A DNA stretch of 42,107 nt, filler included, from an uncultured archaeon (GTDB taxonomy: Archaea; Nanobdellota; Nanobdellia; Woesearchaeales; CAIVOO01), in assembly GCA_903842985.1 (NCBI GenBank). It is 3 parts of 3 records of this genome, joined end to end, with 100 filler letters (N's around TTAATTAATTAA, not from the genome) between each part and the next. Parts side by side here need not be neighbours in the genome. Positions count along the whole stretch, not along the records: positions 19,075 to 42,107 come from CAIMOB010000060.1; 2 more parts are not named here. The stretch is one strand, 5' to 3'. The notes beneath the pieces were generated by a model, which was not told the origin of the DNA, did no database searches, and was given only the letters and a program-made list of their open reading frames with translations. This document shows positions 28,639 to 38,200 of the stretch, piece after piece (the stretch's first letter is position 1; each line of letters begins with the position of its first letter). A program made the position numbers and the translations under genes.

Positions 28639-29271
28639 CTAGAAATCCGTTTGCGGATTTTTATGATTTTTGCAAACAAACAGCATGTGGGCTTTCTCAA
28701 ACGGCTCCAGCTGTCTGCTGTCCACAATTTCCATCTCTTTTTCAAGCTCTTTCCTGGCTGTTTCGAATATTTCAGCCGGCTTCTTTGTGACATCAACTGA
28801 CCTTGCCTTCACAGCCAGCAGACCAAACCCGCCTTTTTTCAGGAATAGCCTGCAGTTTTTCAGGAAAATCTCAGATTGATTCCTCTGGCTGACATCCTGG
28901 TAAACAACATCAACCTTTGTCACATTTTCAGCGTATCTTTCAGGATGGTTCGCGTCCTCAAGCAGCGGCGCCATGTTCATTTTCCTTTCGCACTCAAACA
29001 CCAAATCCCTGACCATTCTTGGCGAGGAATCCAATGCAAAAACAAAGCCGTTTTTCCCGACAATGTCAGAGACATGCGAAGCTGTTGTGCCTGAAGAGGC
29101 GCCGAGGTAAAGAACAGTGTTGCCTTCTTTTATCCCAATCTCTGAAATGCCCTTTGCAATTGCAGCAGCAAGCTTGCTCCTTCTCGGGTCCCACTCAGAG
29201 GATTTTCCGCTAACTAAATCTTTTGTATAAATCCTTCTGCCTTCAACAAAAACTCCGTTGAACTTGTTCAT
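28639..29271 (-). CDS. flpA: Fibrillarin-like rRNA/tRNA 2'-O-methyltransferase
   Basis: WDPRRSKLAAA, VLYLGASSGTT.SHVSD, DVSQ.NQ, KARSVD. Confidence 0.95.
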   Translation of the reverse strand: MNKFNGVFVEGRRIYTKDLVSGKSSEWDPRRSKLAAAIAKGISEIGIKEGNTVLYLGASSGTTASHVSDIVGKNGFVFALDSSPRMVRDLVFECERKMNMAPLLEDANHPERYAENVTKVDVVYQDVSQRNQSEIFLKNCRLFLKKGGFGLLAVKARSVDVTKKPAEIFETARKELEKEMEIVDSRQLEPFEKAHMLFVCKNHKNPQTDF

Positions 29272-29459
29272 AGCCACTGCGTTCTTGCGTTAATAATCAT
29301 GTAAACTGCTGCCAGCAACGCAAATGTCGGCAGCGCATACTTGTCTGTTGTTAAAAACAAGCCCGCTGATATCGCCAGAGCCACAATTCCGATTATGTAC
29401 TCGACAACACCAATTCTTCTTTTTTTCTTGTCTTTTGCATGCAAAACCTGTATTGCCAT
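29268..29459 (-). CDS. Small membrane protein
   Basis: 63 aa, basic N-terminus and two hydrophobic segments; abuts nop5 and overlaps the flpA start. Confidence 0.65.
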   Translation of the reverse strand: MAIQVLHAKDKKKRRIGVVEYIIGIVALAISAGLFLTTDKYALPTFALLAAVYMIINARTQWL

Positions 29460-29460
29460 T

Positions 29461-30168
29461 TTACCCTCCGAATTTCTTTTTCAATTCTAGCAGGAGCCTG
29501 TCAGCCGCGAATTCGCCCTTGAAAAAATCAACCTTTGCAGCGACCGAAATCTTGTCTGCCAATGCCCTTGCCCTTTTCCCTCTGTCGATCTTCGCCTCTG
29601 AAATAAAAGGATGCGCAAAAATCACGCCGTATTTCGGCGCCTTTGCGCCTGTCTTTATGTGCCTGAACAACGCCTTTTCGGCGCCAAGCATCTGCACTGT
29701 TGATGCAGCCATCTTCGCAAGCCGCTCAAGCGAGCCTGCAATCTCAATCAGCTTCGCGCCAATCAATGCGCCGGCAACTTTTTCCATGTTCGGGCAGTTC
29801 TTCTGCATAAGCTCTTCCACATAGCTTGTCTCATTCTCTTTTAGCTTGTACAAATTGTTTAATTCAGCTGCAAGGCTCCTCATCTGCCTTAAATCATTTT
29901 CAGGAAGCTCCGCGCCCATGCTTCCCTTTTCTTTTTTATCCTGCTTTCTTGTCACAAGCTCTGCAAATTTCTCATTGTCCGGAACATCCTTTGAAAACTC
30001 AGGATTGTAAAGCTCGAACCACTCCCTCAGCCTTTTTGCAAGCAGATTAGTGGCTTTGTTCAGTTCGTCAATGTTGTTTATCGCCTGCACAAGCAGGGTA
30101 TCAAACTTGACGCTTTCTCTGAGCCTCTTCTTTGTCAGCTCAAGGTTCTTTTTGAATAGGTCATTCAT
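29461..30168 (-). CDS. nop5: Nop5 (Nop56/58) C/D RNP protein, N-terminally short
   Basis: RLREWF..YNPE, PN...VAG..IGAKLI, ASTVQMLGAEKALFRH, PKYG. Confidence 0.93.
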   Translation of the reverse strand: MNDLFKKNLELTKKRLRESVKFDTLLVQAINNIDELNKATNLLAKRLREWFELYNPEFSKDVPDNEKFAELVTRKQDKKEKGSMGAELPENDLRQMRSLAAELNNLYKLKENETSYVEELMQKNCPNMEKVAGALIGAKLIEIAGSLERLAKMAASTVQMLGAEKALFRHIKTGAKAPKYGVIFAHPFISEAKIDRGKRARALADKISVAAKVDFFKGEFAADRLLLELKKKFGG

Positions 30169-30231
30169 ATACTCCAATAAAAGAGATAGATATTTAAATA
30201 TTGTGAAAAGCCTGAAAAAACAGAGAATTTC

Positions 30232-31956
30232 TTATTCAGCTTTAGGCTCTTCCTTGTGCCTCAATATAATCTCAATGACAGCTGCATAGGCAGGCCTTGT
30301 TATAAAAACACCAGCTGAAATTCCTATTATTGTTGTTATTGCAAACCCTTTCAATAGGCCAGCGCCCGCGAACAGCAGAGGAAGCATTGAAACCAGCACA
30401 GTGAAATAGGAAGCCATTATTATGAAGAAAGCTCTCTTGAATTTTTCCTTCCAGCTAAGCGTCCTTGCAGCCTCGCCTCTCAATGTTTCATCAGTGATTA
30501 TTATCTGGTCATCAACCCCAGTTCCTATTGCAGCAATTATTCCTGCGATTGCCGCCAAATCAATGTTCCAGCCAATCAATGATGCAACACCAAGCAGGAT
30601 TATTATTTCAGAAACAAGTGTTATTGCAATAGGAAGTGCAATTCTTATTTCCCTGTACTTCAAATAAATCACAAAAATAACGCTGATGGTTGCAAGCACA
30701 GCCATTATCAATGCGCTTCTGCCAAACTCACTTCCAAGCATCGGGCTTATCGAATCTATTTTTACAATGCTTATTTTTACAGGCAGCGAGCCAGTAACTA
30801 AAATTGTCTGCAATTTCTTCATGTTCTGCAGCGCATCATTTGCAGCTTCCTGCTGAATCTTGCCTGTGCCTGAGCCAGAAATCTGGATATCTGTGATAAC
30901 CCTTCCTTTCAAATCAGCGCCTATATTCAATGAGTCAACAGGCTGGTCATCAAGATAAAGGTCAAGTGTTTCATTCAGATAAGGCTCATTGTTTTTTGTG
31001 ATAATGCTCAAATCCTTTGTCGCATCTGCTTCCCTCTTTGCAGCAGCAGGGTTAAGTGCAATCGAAAACCTGAAACTGCAGGCCCATCCTTCCTGGTACT
31101 GGTTGCAGCCCCGATAAGGGTCTATGCCTGAGCAGTCTGCTGACCTGCAGACATAAGTAATATCATTTCCTCCGAGAAAAACACTTTTATTGCCAACCTT
31201 TGCCTCGAACTTTCCCTGAGTTTCAAGCAGGCTTCTGACCTCCTCCTCTGTCACCCCTGCAATCTCAACCCTTATGAACTGGTTGCCAGACAAATCAGAT
31301 GCAGACCTTACTGTCACGTCGCTTATTCCATAAACATTAAGCCTCTGCTCCATGCTTGCCATCATTGTATCAAGCATATCCTTGCTTACCTTTTCTGCCG
31401 GCTGCAATAAAACCCTTGTTCCGCCTTCAAGGTCAAGTCCCTTTCTTATGTTTGTTGTTGGGGCATTGTAGACGCTTAAGCCAATTGACAGGTCATTAAA
31501 ATAAACCTTCTTTTTCTTAGGTGATTCATAGAACTCTGTCTTGTTTATTGTTTTGTTAAGGTTTTTGTCAAAAACCTCAACTGTCTTGTTAAGCTTTTCA
31601 GTCTCATTTGTCGCAACAAGCTCAAACCTGTACTCAGGCTTCACCATGTATGTTCCCTTGTTTGTCTTTATCTGGGCGCTGATATTGTATGCGAGCTTTC
31701 CAAATATATTATAGTAGTCATCAACATTGTTTACCGGCATATTATTTATTGAAACAATTTTCTCCCTTGACATTGGGGAAGCTGTTGGCTTCGGACTCTC
31801 AATTCCACCAACATACGCGGGACTGTCCTTTACAACAGACCTTATGGCAACTCCTTTGTTCCAGAAGTTAGGATAAATTGCAACTACTGAAAGTATCAGC
31901 ACTATAACTAGGAAGATTACCCTTCCGCTCCTGAAAAGTCTCTTAAGTTCTGACAT
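30232..31956 (-). CDS. secD: Protein translocase subunit SecD
   Basis: GLDLEGG, RLNVYG, GSLP, GTGVDDQIII, multiple TM segments. Confidence 0.93.
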   Translation of the reverse strand: MSELKRLFRSGRVIFLVIVLILSVVAIYPNFWNKGVAIRSVVKDSPAYVGGIESPKPTASPMSREKIVSINNMPVNNVDDYYNIFGKLAYNISAQIKTNKGTYMVKPEYRFELVATNETEKLNKTVEVFDKNLNKTINKTEFYESPKKKKVYFNDLSIGLSVYNAPTTNIRKGLDLEGGTRVLLQPAEKVSKDMLDTMMASMEQRLNVYGISDVTVRSASDLSGNQFIRVEIAGVTEEEVRSLLETQGKFEAKVGNKSVFLGGNDITYVCRSADCSGIDPYRGCNQYQEGWACSFRFSIALNPAAAKREADATKDLSIITKNNEPYLNETLDLYLDDQPVDSLNIGADLKGRVITDIQISGSGTGKIQQEAANDALQNMKKLQTILVTGSLPVKISIVKIDSISPMLGSEFGRSALIMAVLATISVIFVIYLKYREIRIALPIAITLVSEIIILLGVASLIGWNIDLAAIAGIIAAIGTGVDDQIIITDETLRGEAARTLSWKEKFKRAFFIIMASYFTVLVSMLPLLFAGAGLLKGFAITTIIGISAGVFITRPAYAAVIEIILRHKEEPKAE

Positions 31957-32827
31957 TTTTATTCTTCTTTTCCAAGTATAATCTTAACAATCCTACATTA
32001 GTAATCCAGGTGTTCCAAAGGTCAGCAACAAGCCCAAAGAATAATATTAGCATTATCTGCTTTAACACTTCAGACGGCATTGTCAGATAGGCAATTCCTG
32101 TTGCAGCCATCGCAGCAAAAGTCATTGTTGTTCCTGTCGAAAGCGCGCCCTTTACTTTTTCAAAAATCTCTCCTTCCCTTTTCAGCACCCTTGTTGTAAG
32201 CAGAATGTCTGTGTCAACAGAATAGCCGATAAGCATGAGCATGGCTGCGATTCCTGCAGTTGAAATTTTTATACCCAAAACAATTGTCATTGCCCAGGCG
32301 AACAGTATGTCGCACAATCCGCAAAGCACAATGTATGAGCTGGTAACAGGATTCCTGAAATAAATCAGGATGACAATAGCCATGAAGACAAATGCAATAA
32401 TCACTGCGATAATAGCTTCCCTAAAAAAGCTTGCACCCAAGCTAGGTCCTGTTGTTTCTGTGTTTATTGTTGTGGCGTGAACATTCTGTTTTATCAGTTC
32501 CACTGTCTTGCCAGGGTCCTGCGCAGTTGTCTCAACAATAACACCCAGCTGTGTTCCTGCCCTTGAAAGCTCCCTTACAACAACATCCTCTCCTGTTCCC
32601 TTGATTAAAAGCAACTTTAATTGGTCAACATCAACTGTCTCGTTTGCCTGCACAGTTATTGTTGTGCCCCCTTTCAGGCTTACGCCCTTGTAAAAGAAAT
32701 CGCCTGTCTTTATGTATAAGCCGCCAATAACTGCAAGTGATAAAATGAGCATGACAAGCGGGAATATAAGCAACTGCTTGTACCTTTTGTCGTAAATTTC
32801 AGATAATTTGGCAAGTATCTTTTTCAT
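31943..32827 (-). CDS. secF: Protein translocase subunit SecF
   Basis: GVSLKGG, GPSLG, LIGYSVDTDILL, GLVAD.WNTW..N. Confidence 0.93.
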   Translation of the reverse strand: MKKILAKLSEIYDKRYKQLLIFPLVMLILSLAVIGGLYIKTGDFFYKGVSLKGGTTITVQANETVDVDQLKLLLIKGTGEDVVVRELSRAGTQLGVIVETTAQDPGKTVELIKQNVHATTINTETTGPSLGASFFREAIIAVIIAFVFMAIVILIYFRNPVTSSYIVLCGLCDILFAWAMTIVLGIKISTAGIAAMLMLIGYSVDTDILLTTRVLKREGEIFEKVKGALSTGTTMTFAAMAATGIAYLTMPSEVLKQIMLILFFGLVADLWNTWITNVGLLRLYLEKKNKNVRT

Positions 32828-32872
32828 TTTCCCCCGTTTGAAAGGAAATAAGTCTGTTTATAAAGGTTTTGG

Positions 32873-34465
32873 TCAGTTCATACATGCGCTGACAAAACCA
32901 TAAAATAGGGGAGAAGGATTCAAAAGTCTTGATTTGAATTCTGGATGCGCCTGTGTAGCGGCATGAAACTTATTTTTAGGAAATTCTATGAATTCAACAA
33001 GTCTCCTGTTTTCAGAAATACCTGAAAAAACCAAGCCATTTTTTTGCAGGACATCATGGTACTTAGGATTTACTTCATACCTGTGCCTGTGCCTTTCAAC
33101 AGCCAAGTTTGATTTGTAAAGATTTTGAACCAATGTTCCTTCTTTCAGCCTTGCAGTGTATGAGCCCAACCGCATAGTGCCCCCTTTCTTATCAATTCCT
33201 ATCTGTTCAGGCAGGATAGCTATTACAGGATTGCTTGTTTTTTCATCAACCTCTTCGGAATTTGCATCCAGCCCGCAAACATTTCTTGCAAACTCAACAA
33301 CTGCCAGCTGCAAGCCAAAGCACAGCCCAAGAAAAGGAATGTTTTTTTCTCTCGCATACCTTATCATTTCTATCTTTCCTTCCGCGCCTCTTGTTCCAAA
33401 TCCTCCGGGGATAATAACACCCCTGACATCCTTTAGAGCTTCCTCGATACTTATTTTTCTTTCCTCTATGTCTGTTGTTTCAATCCATTTAAGGCTAACC
33501 TTCGCGCCCAAATGGGCTCCTGCATGTGCCAAAGCCTCAATTATGCTTGCATAAGAGTCCTTCAATTCTGTGTATTTCCCGCAAATCGCCACCTTAACAA
33601 CTTGCTCTGGATTTTTAATCTTTTCAACAAGCAGCTCCCACTCTGACAGGTTTGTCGCTTTTACGTCAAGTTTTTTAACTAGAAGTTCCACCATGCCCTC
33701 TTTTTTAAACATCAAAGGAATTTCATAAATTGTGTCTATGTCTCTTCCGCTTATAACACACTCTTCATCAATATCGCAGAAAAGAGCTATCTTTTCTTTA
33801 TGCTTTTTTAAAAGCATTTCTTTGCTTCTTGCTATAATTATGTTGGGCTGTATTCCCTTTTCTCTTAGAAGTGCAATGTCCCTTTGCGCCGGCTTTGTTT
33901 TCGGCTCCCCGACAGAATGCAAAAAAGGGACATAAGTTAAATGAACATAGATTATATTATCAGGCCCAACATCTTTTTTCAACTGCCTTACCGCTTCTGT
34001 AAACCAGGCATTTTCTATGTCACCAATCGTGCCCCCTATTTCTATGAGCATTATGTCCGCCTTTTCCTTTTCAGCTATTTCATTGAATCTTTTCTTTATC
34101 TCATCAACAACATGCGGATAAATCTGGATTGTTTTTCCCAGGAACTCCCCTTTTCTTTCTTTTTCAATCACAGAATTGAAAATTTTTCCTGATGTAAGAT
34201 TCCACTCAAATTTACAGTTTGTATTTAGGAATCTTTCATAATGCCCAAAATCCATGTCAACTTCGCCGCCGTCTTCAAGAACAAATACTTCACCATGCTC
34301 TATTGGGTTCATTGTTCCAGGATCCACATTCAAATAGCCGTCGCATTTGACAGTAACAATCTTAAGATTATTTTTAATCAATAATCCTATGGCTGCAGCT
34401 GCTGTGCCTTTGCCAAGCCCTGATAGAACTCCTCCGGTAACTATTATCCACTTTGCAGGATGCAT
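32873..34465 (-). CDS. pyrG: CTP synthase
   Basis: VTGGVLSGLGKG, DPGTMNP, KTKP.Q, PGGFG, CFGLQ, ERHRHRYE, HPE. Confidence 0.97.
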   Translation of the reverse strand: MHPAKWIIVTGGVLSGLGKGTAAAAIGLLIKNNLKIVTVKCDGYLNVDPGTMNPIEHGEVFVLEDGGEVDMDFGHYERFLNTNCKFEWNLTSGKIFNSVIEKERKGEFLGKTIQIYPHVVDEIKKRFNEIAEKEKADIMLIEIGGTIGDIENAWFTEAVRQLKKDVGPDNIIYVHLTYVPFLHSVGEPKTKPAQRDIALLREKGIQPNIIIARSKEMLLKKHKEKIALFCDIDEECVISGRDIDTIYEIPLMFKKEGMVELLVKKLDVKATNLSEWELLVEKIKNPEQVVKVAICGKYTELKDSYASIIEALAHAGAHLGAKVSLKWIETTDIEERKISIEEALKDVRGVIIPGGFGTRGAEGKIEMIRYAREKNIPFLGLCFGLQLAVVEFARNVCGLDANSEEVDEKTSNPVIAILPEQIGIDKKGGTMRLGSYTARLKEGTLVQNLYKSNLAVERHRHRYEVNPKYHDVLQKNGLVFSGISENRRLVEFIEFPKNKFHAATQAHPEFKSRLLNPSPLFYGFVSACMN

Positions 34466-34543
34466 AAATTAGAAAATTCGAACTTTTATTTATCTTTTTC
34501 TGTCCTTTATTGCATATATTATAAAATATTAATGCCAGAAGTT

Positions 34544-35296
34544 TTATAGTTTCCCAAGCTCGTTCTTCAGCTCGTCAAAGACATGGTCAAGCACTTCGGG
34601 CTTCCAGCCGTGCGTTGCCAATGCGCTCTTAATTTCCTCTTTGTTCCTGCCTTTTTCCAGCTCTTCAACTATGTACTCCTGCAGATGCTGTATGGCATGC
34701 CCTGCCTTTCTTTTCTTGTAATAAAGCGCCAGGTCAACAAGCACAGCAACTGCAATTACAGTTGTCAGCATTATGACAAGTATGTGGCTTGCGTTGTAAT
34801 TGACAACAACCTTCTCCTCTGAAGCAGCAGGCGCTGCCTTCTCAACCTCTATCCCCTGCTCGCCAATCTGCATCTTGACAGCATCAACCTTTAACTCTTT
34901 TGGCGGGAACGCTATTTTTATGTTTGCAACAACATGCACTTTCGCACCTATCTGCCCATTTTGCACAGTTGTCTCTGATACAATGACTTTTAAGTCCCCT
35001 TCGTCGAGGTCTTTAGGCAGGGTAAAGTCAATGTTGAATTTCTTGATTTCCTCTGAAGCTGAGATGAACAGCGTTTTCGGAACAGTTGCATATTCCGCAA
35101 GCGAGCCGCTGACAGACATATCAACATACATATCTTTATTTTCATCATTTATTATGTAAATGTTCACTGATTTTTGAACATTTGGCTCGTATTCAACTGC
35201 CTTGTTGTTTGTGCCGATTCCAAGCGCAAGTGCAGAGCTGCACATAAGCACAGCTAGCAAAAACATTACAATCCCTGTCCTGTTTAGCTTATTCAT
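34544..35296 (-). CDS. Membrane-anchored protein with Ig-like ectodomain
   Basis: Signal peptide (..ALA-LGIG), beta-rich domain, TM segment, C-terminal G....I...L...GW motif. Confidence 0.75.
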   Translation of the reverse strand: MNKLNRTGIVMFLLAVLMCSSALALGIGTNNKAVEYEPNVQKSVNIYIINDENKDMYVDMSVSGSLAEYATVPKTLFISASEEIKKFNIDFTLPKDLDEGDLKVIVSETTVQNGQIGAKVHVVANIKIAFPPKELKVDAVKMQIGEQGIEVEKAAPAASEEKVVVNYNASHILVIMLTTVIAVAVLVDLALYYKKRKAGHAIQHLQEYIVEELEKGRNKEEIKSALATHGWKPEVLDHVFDELKNELGKL

Positions 35297-38200
35297 CCTG
35301 GCTGCACCACACCATCAGTTGCGATTTTTTTGCGCCTGCCCCTTCATCAGGCGGTCCTGTTACCTTAAGCTCAATTTCCGCTGAATCATTTTTATCATAG
35401 TACTTCAACCCACCAATTGCAAGCAGCGGAGTTGTCTTTACAATATTATACCAGGAATCATTAAGCGCAGAATCCCAAGCATTGCTTGAATTATCGTCTA
35501 TCCTGAACTGATAATAGGATGACGGATTTGGCTTTGAGAGCCACAAATCAGTTGAATTGATTGAAATATTTAGCTTCAGGTTTCCATTATTCTGGATAAG
35601 CATCGGCGCCGGATTATCGCTTACTGTGCTATTGGTTATTCCAACGCCTATTTCTCCGAAACTGACTTTATTTACCGGCATTGAGCAGGTGATGCTCGTT
35701 ATGATTGTATAGTTTCTTTGCGCGCTGAAGCTTCCATGCAAAACACCTCTCTGGGCCCTGACTTTCCAATTGTACGTTCCGAAATTCATGTCAGCTGGCG
35801 GCGTGTAATTCGTGCTGGATATAGTTACATTTATTTCAGGCGAAGCGAATGACGTGTCATTGTCAACCAGCAGCTGATAGGTGATTCCGCTGCCTGCTAC
35901 AGCTGTCCAATTCATTGTCGGCGTCCTGTCAATGAGGACAGCGTCGTTTGCCGGCGAAATCAACGAAGGCGTTGAAGGAATGGTGCCATTTAAGTCGAAT
36001 TCTCTGCTTTTTGCATTTGTCGCATTATGCCTGCTTCCGACTATCCATGGAACAAGCCTAATTCTGTAGATGCCTGGTTCATAGCCAGTGGTGTTCCAGA
36101 TGTAGTTAAGCCCCACAACTCTTGCAAGAAGCGTTTCAACTCCTGTCCAGGTCCTGTTAAGCAAGATGTCATAGGTTACAGTGCTCATGGCGCTCTGCCT
36201 TGTCCAGTTTATTTCTATCACGCCATCGCTGTAATTCCCTTCTGCAGGGCTTGTCACGCTGCTGAGGCCGCAGTCATTGGAGCCTATGCCGCTTGCAGCT
36301 ATTGATTCTTCATAGAAGTTTCCTTCACCAGCGACGCAGTAATTATTGTTTGAATCTTCTTTGGCAGATAAGTACGGAGGTGTGGTTTTGCTTGGAATCA
36401 CATAATATGTTGAATTTAATGTATCATTAAACAGGTAATTATTAATGCCTCCCTGAGATGTGAATGCATTATGTTTGTAATAGCGGCAGGCGCCAGGGGA
36501 ACTTAATAAAGAGTCTAAAACTGCACAGCCGGTGACGCCATATGCGTAGCATTCTCTGCAGAATATTGTTGACATTTTTCCTGCGCCCTGGCCAAGCACA
36601 GCGCCACTCGTGTCATTGAATAGCAAAAGATCATAATTGTTGGTGCCGTTTGCTGATGTGATTTTTGTGTTGTCCGCTGTTACAACCCCAACACTGACTG
36701 CTGGAATAACAAAAGCGTATGTGTCGCCGAAATTCTCGCCATTGTAATGCATCGGCGAGTAGGAAGTGTAGAAACTTTTTTTGCCGCCCAAGTATGGAGG
36801 TGTTGTTTTGTTTGGAATCACATAATATGTGGAATTGAATGTATCATTTAACAAGTAATCCTGCCCAGCGCCCTGCGCCACAAGCGCATTTTTCTTTTCA
36901 TAGAAGCAGGTTCCTGAATTCAATGCAGCAACCTGTGTGCAATTATAAGGTGCAGTACTTTCTGCAAATACTGTGATATTTCCGTATGGGCCAGGCAGGT
37001 CCATCAGCCACAAATTGAAGTTTTTGGCTCCGTCAGGTATCATTACCAGCGTGTTGTCTGAAGTTACGAAGTTAATGACAGACAGGGTGTCATCTATAAA
37101 GAAATAACTGCTGTTGAAATCCCTGTCGCCGTAATGCATCGGCGAGTAAGATGCATAATATTTCTTGTTTGTATCGCTGTCTTTTACCCCTTTTGAAAGG
37201 AAGTGATTGAGCCGGAATGAATTGTTTGCTCCGTTTACCAAGACATCGAAGTTTCCGCTGTTGTAAATTTTGTTTGAAAATACCTTGTTGCTGTCTGATT
37301 CAATCAAAATGCCCGGCTTCAAGACGCTCAGGCTGTTGCCCAATGATGGACTGAACAGCGAAGCCAATGATTCGCTTATTGTGTTGTTTACCAGAATATT
37401 GTTTGCGAAATAATTATTTGTGGAGTTTTGCCTTGCAAGCAGCAGGGTATAAACTATGCTAATCGTATCATTTATTGCATTGGCAGGAGTTAATGAGATG
37501 CTTGCCGTAGGTGAGTTGCCGATAAATGAATTGTTTACTATGCTGTTGTTGCTTGAGTTCAAAAGGCCGACTCCTCCAAACATTAGGTTTGTGACATTTG
37601 TTGAATAAAATGCGTCATTTACAATGTCAAGACCGAAGCCGGCATTCACCATTGATAGCTTATTGTTTTTTATTGTGGAATCGTATGCGTTCTTCAGTCC
37701 GATGGAAGAGACAAAGTTATCGTCAAAAACAGTGTCATGTATTTTTGTATAATTTGTTGCGTCCGATCTAATCCATAATTTTGCATTATGGTATTTTGCA
37801 TTATTTGATTCGATGGTGTTGTTCAAGCCTCCGACAATAACTAATGCAATTGTTAGATTATTGATTGACAGTTTTTTTAAGTCAACATTGTTTCCATGGG
37901 TAGTTATATTTATATTCAAATCCTTGATAAGCACATCATTATTGCTTGCAACATTATTATTTCCCAAAATATTCATGCTGAATACTTTGCCGTTAACAGC
38001 TGTTGAATTTTCAATTGTTGTATTTGTATGCGAATTCAGGTCAATGCCGCTTTTTTCAATTGCCATCTTATTTCTGGAAATCTTGTTTGAATTTCCCTGC
38101 AGGGCGAAGGAGCCCAGCATTATGTTTAGTTTATTGTTTGCTATATCTGTGACATTTCCATAGCTGTATATTGAAACTCCGCTATTGTTGAATATGAAAG

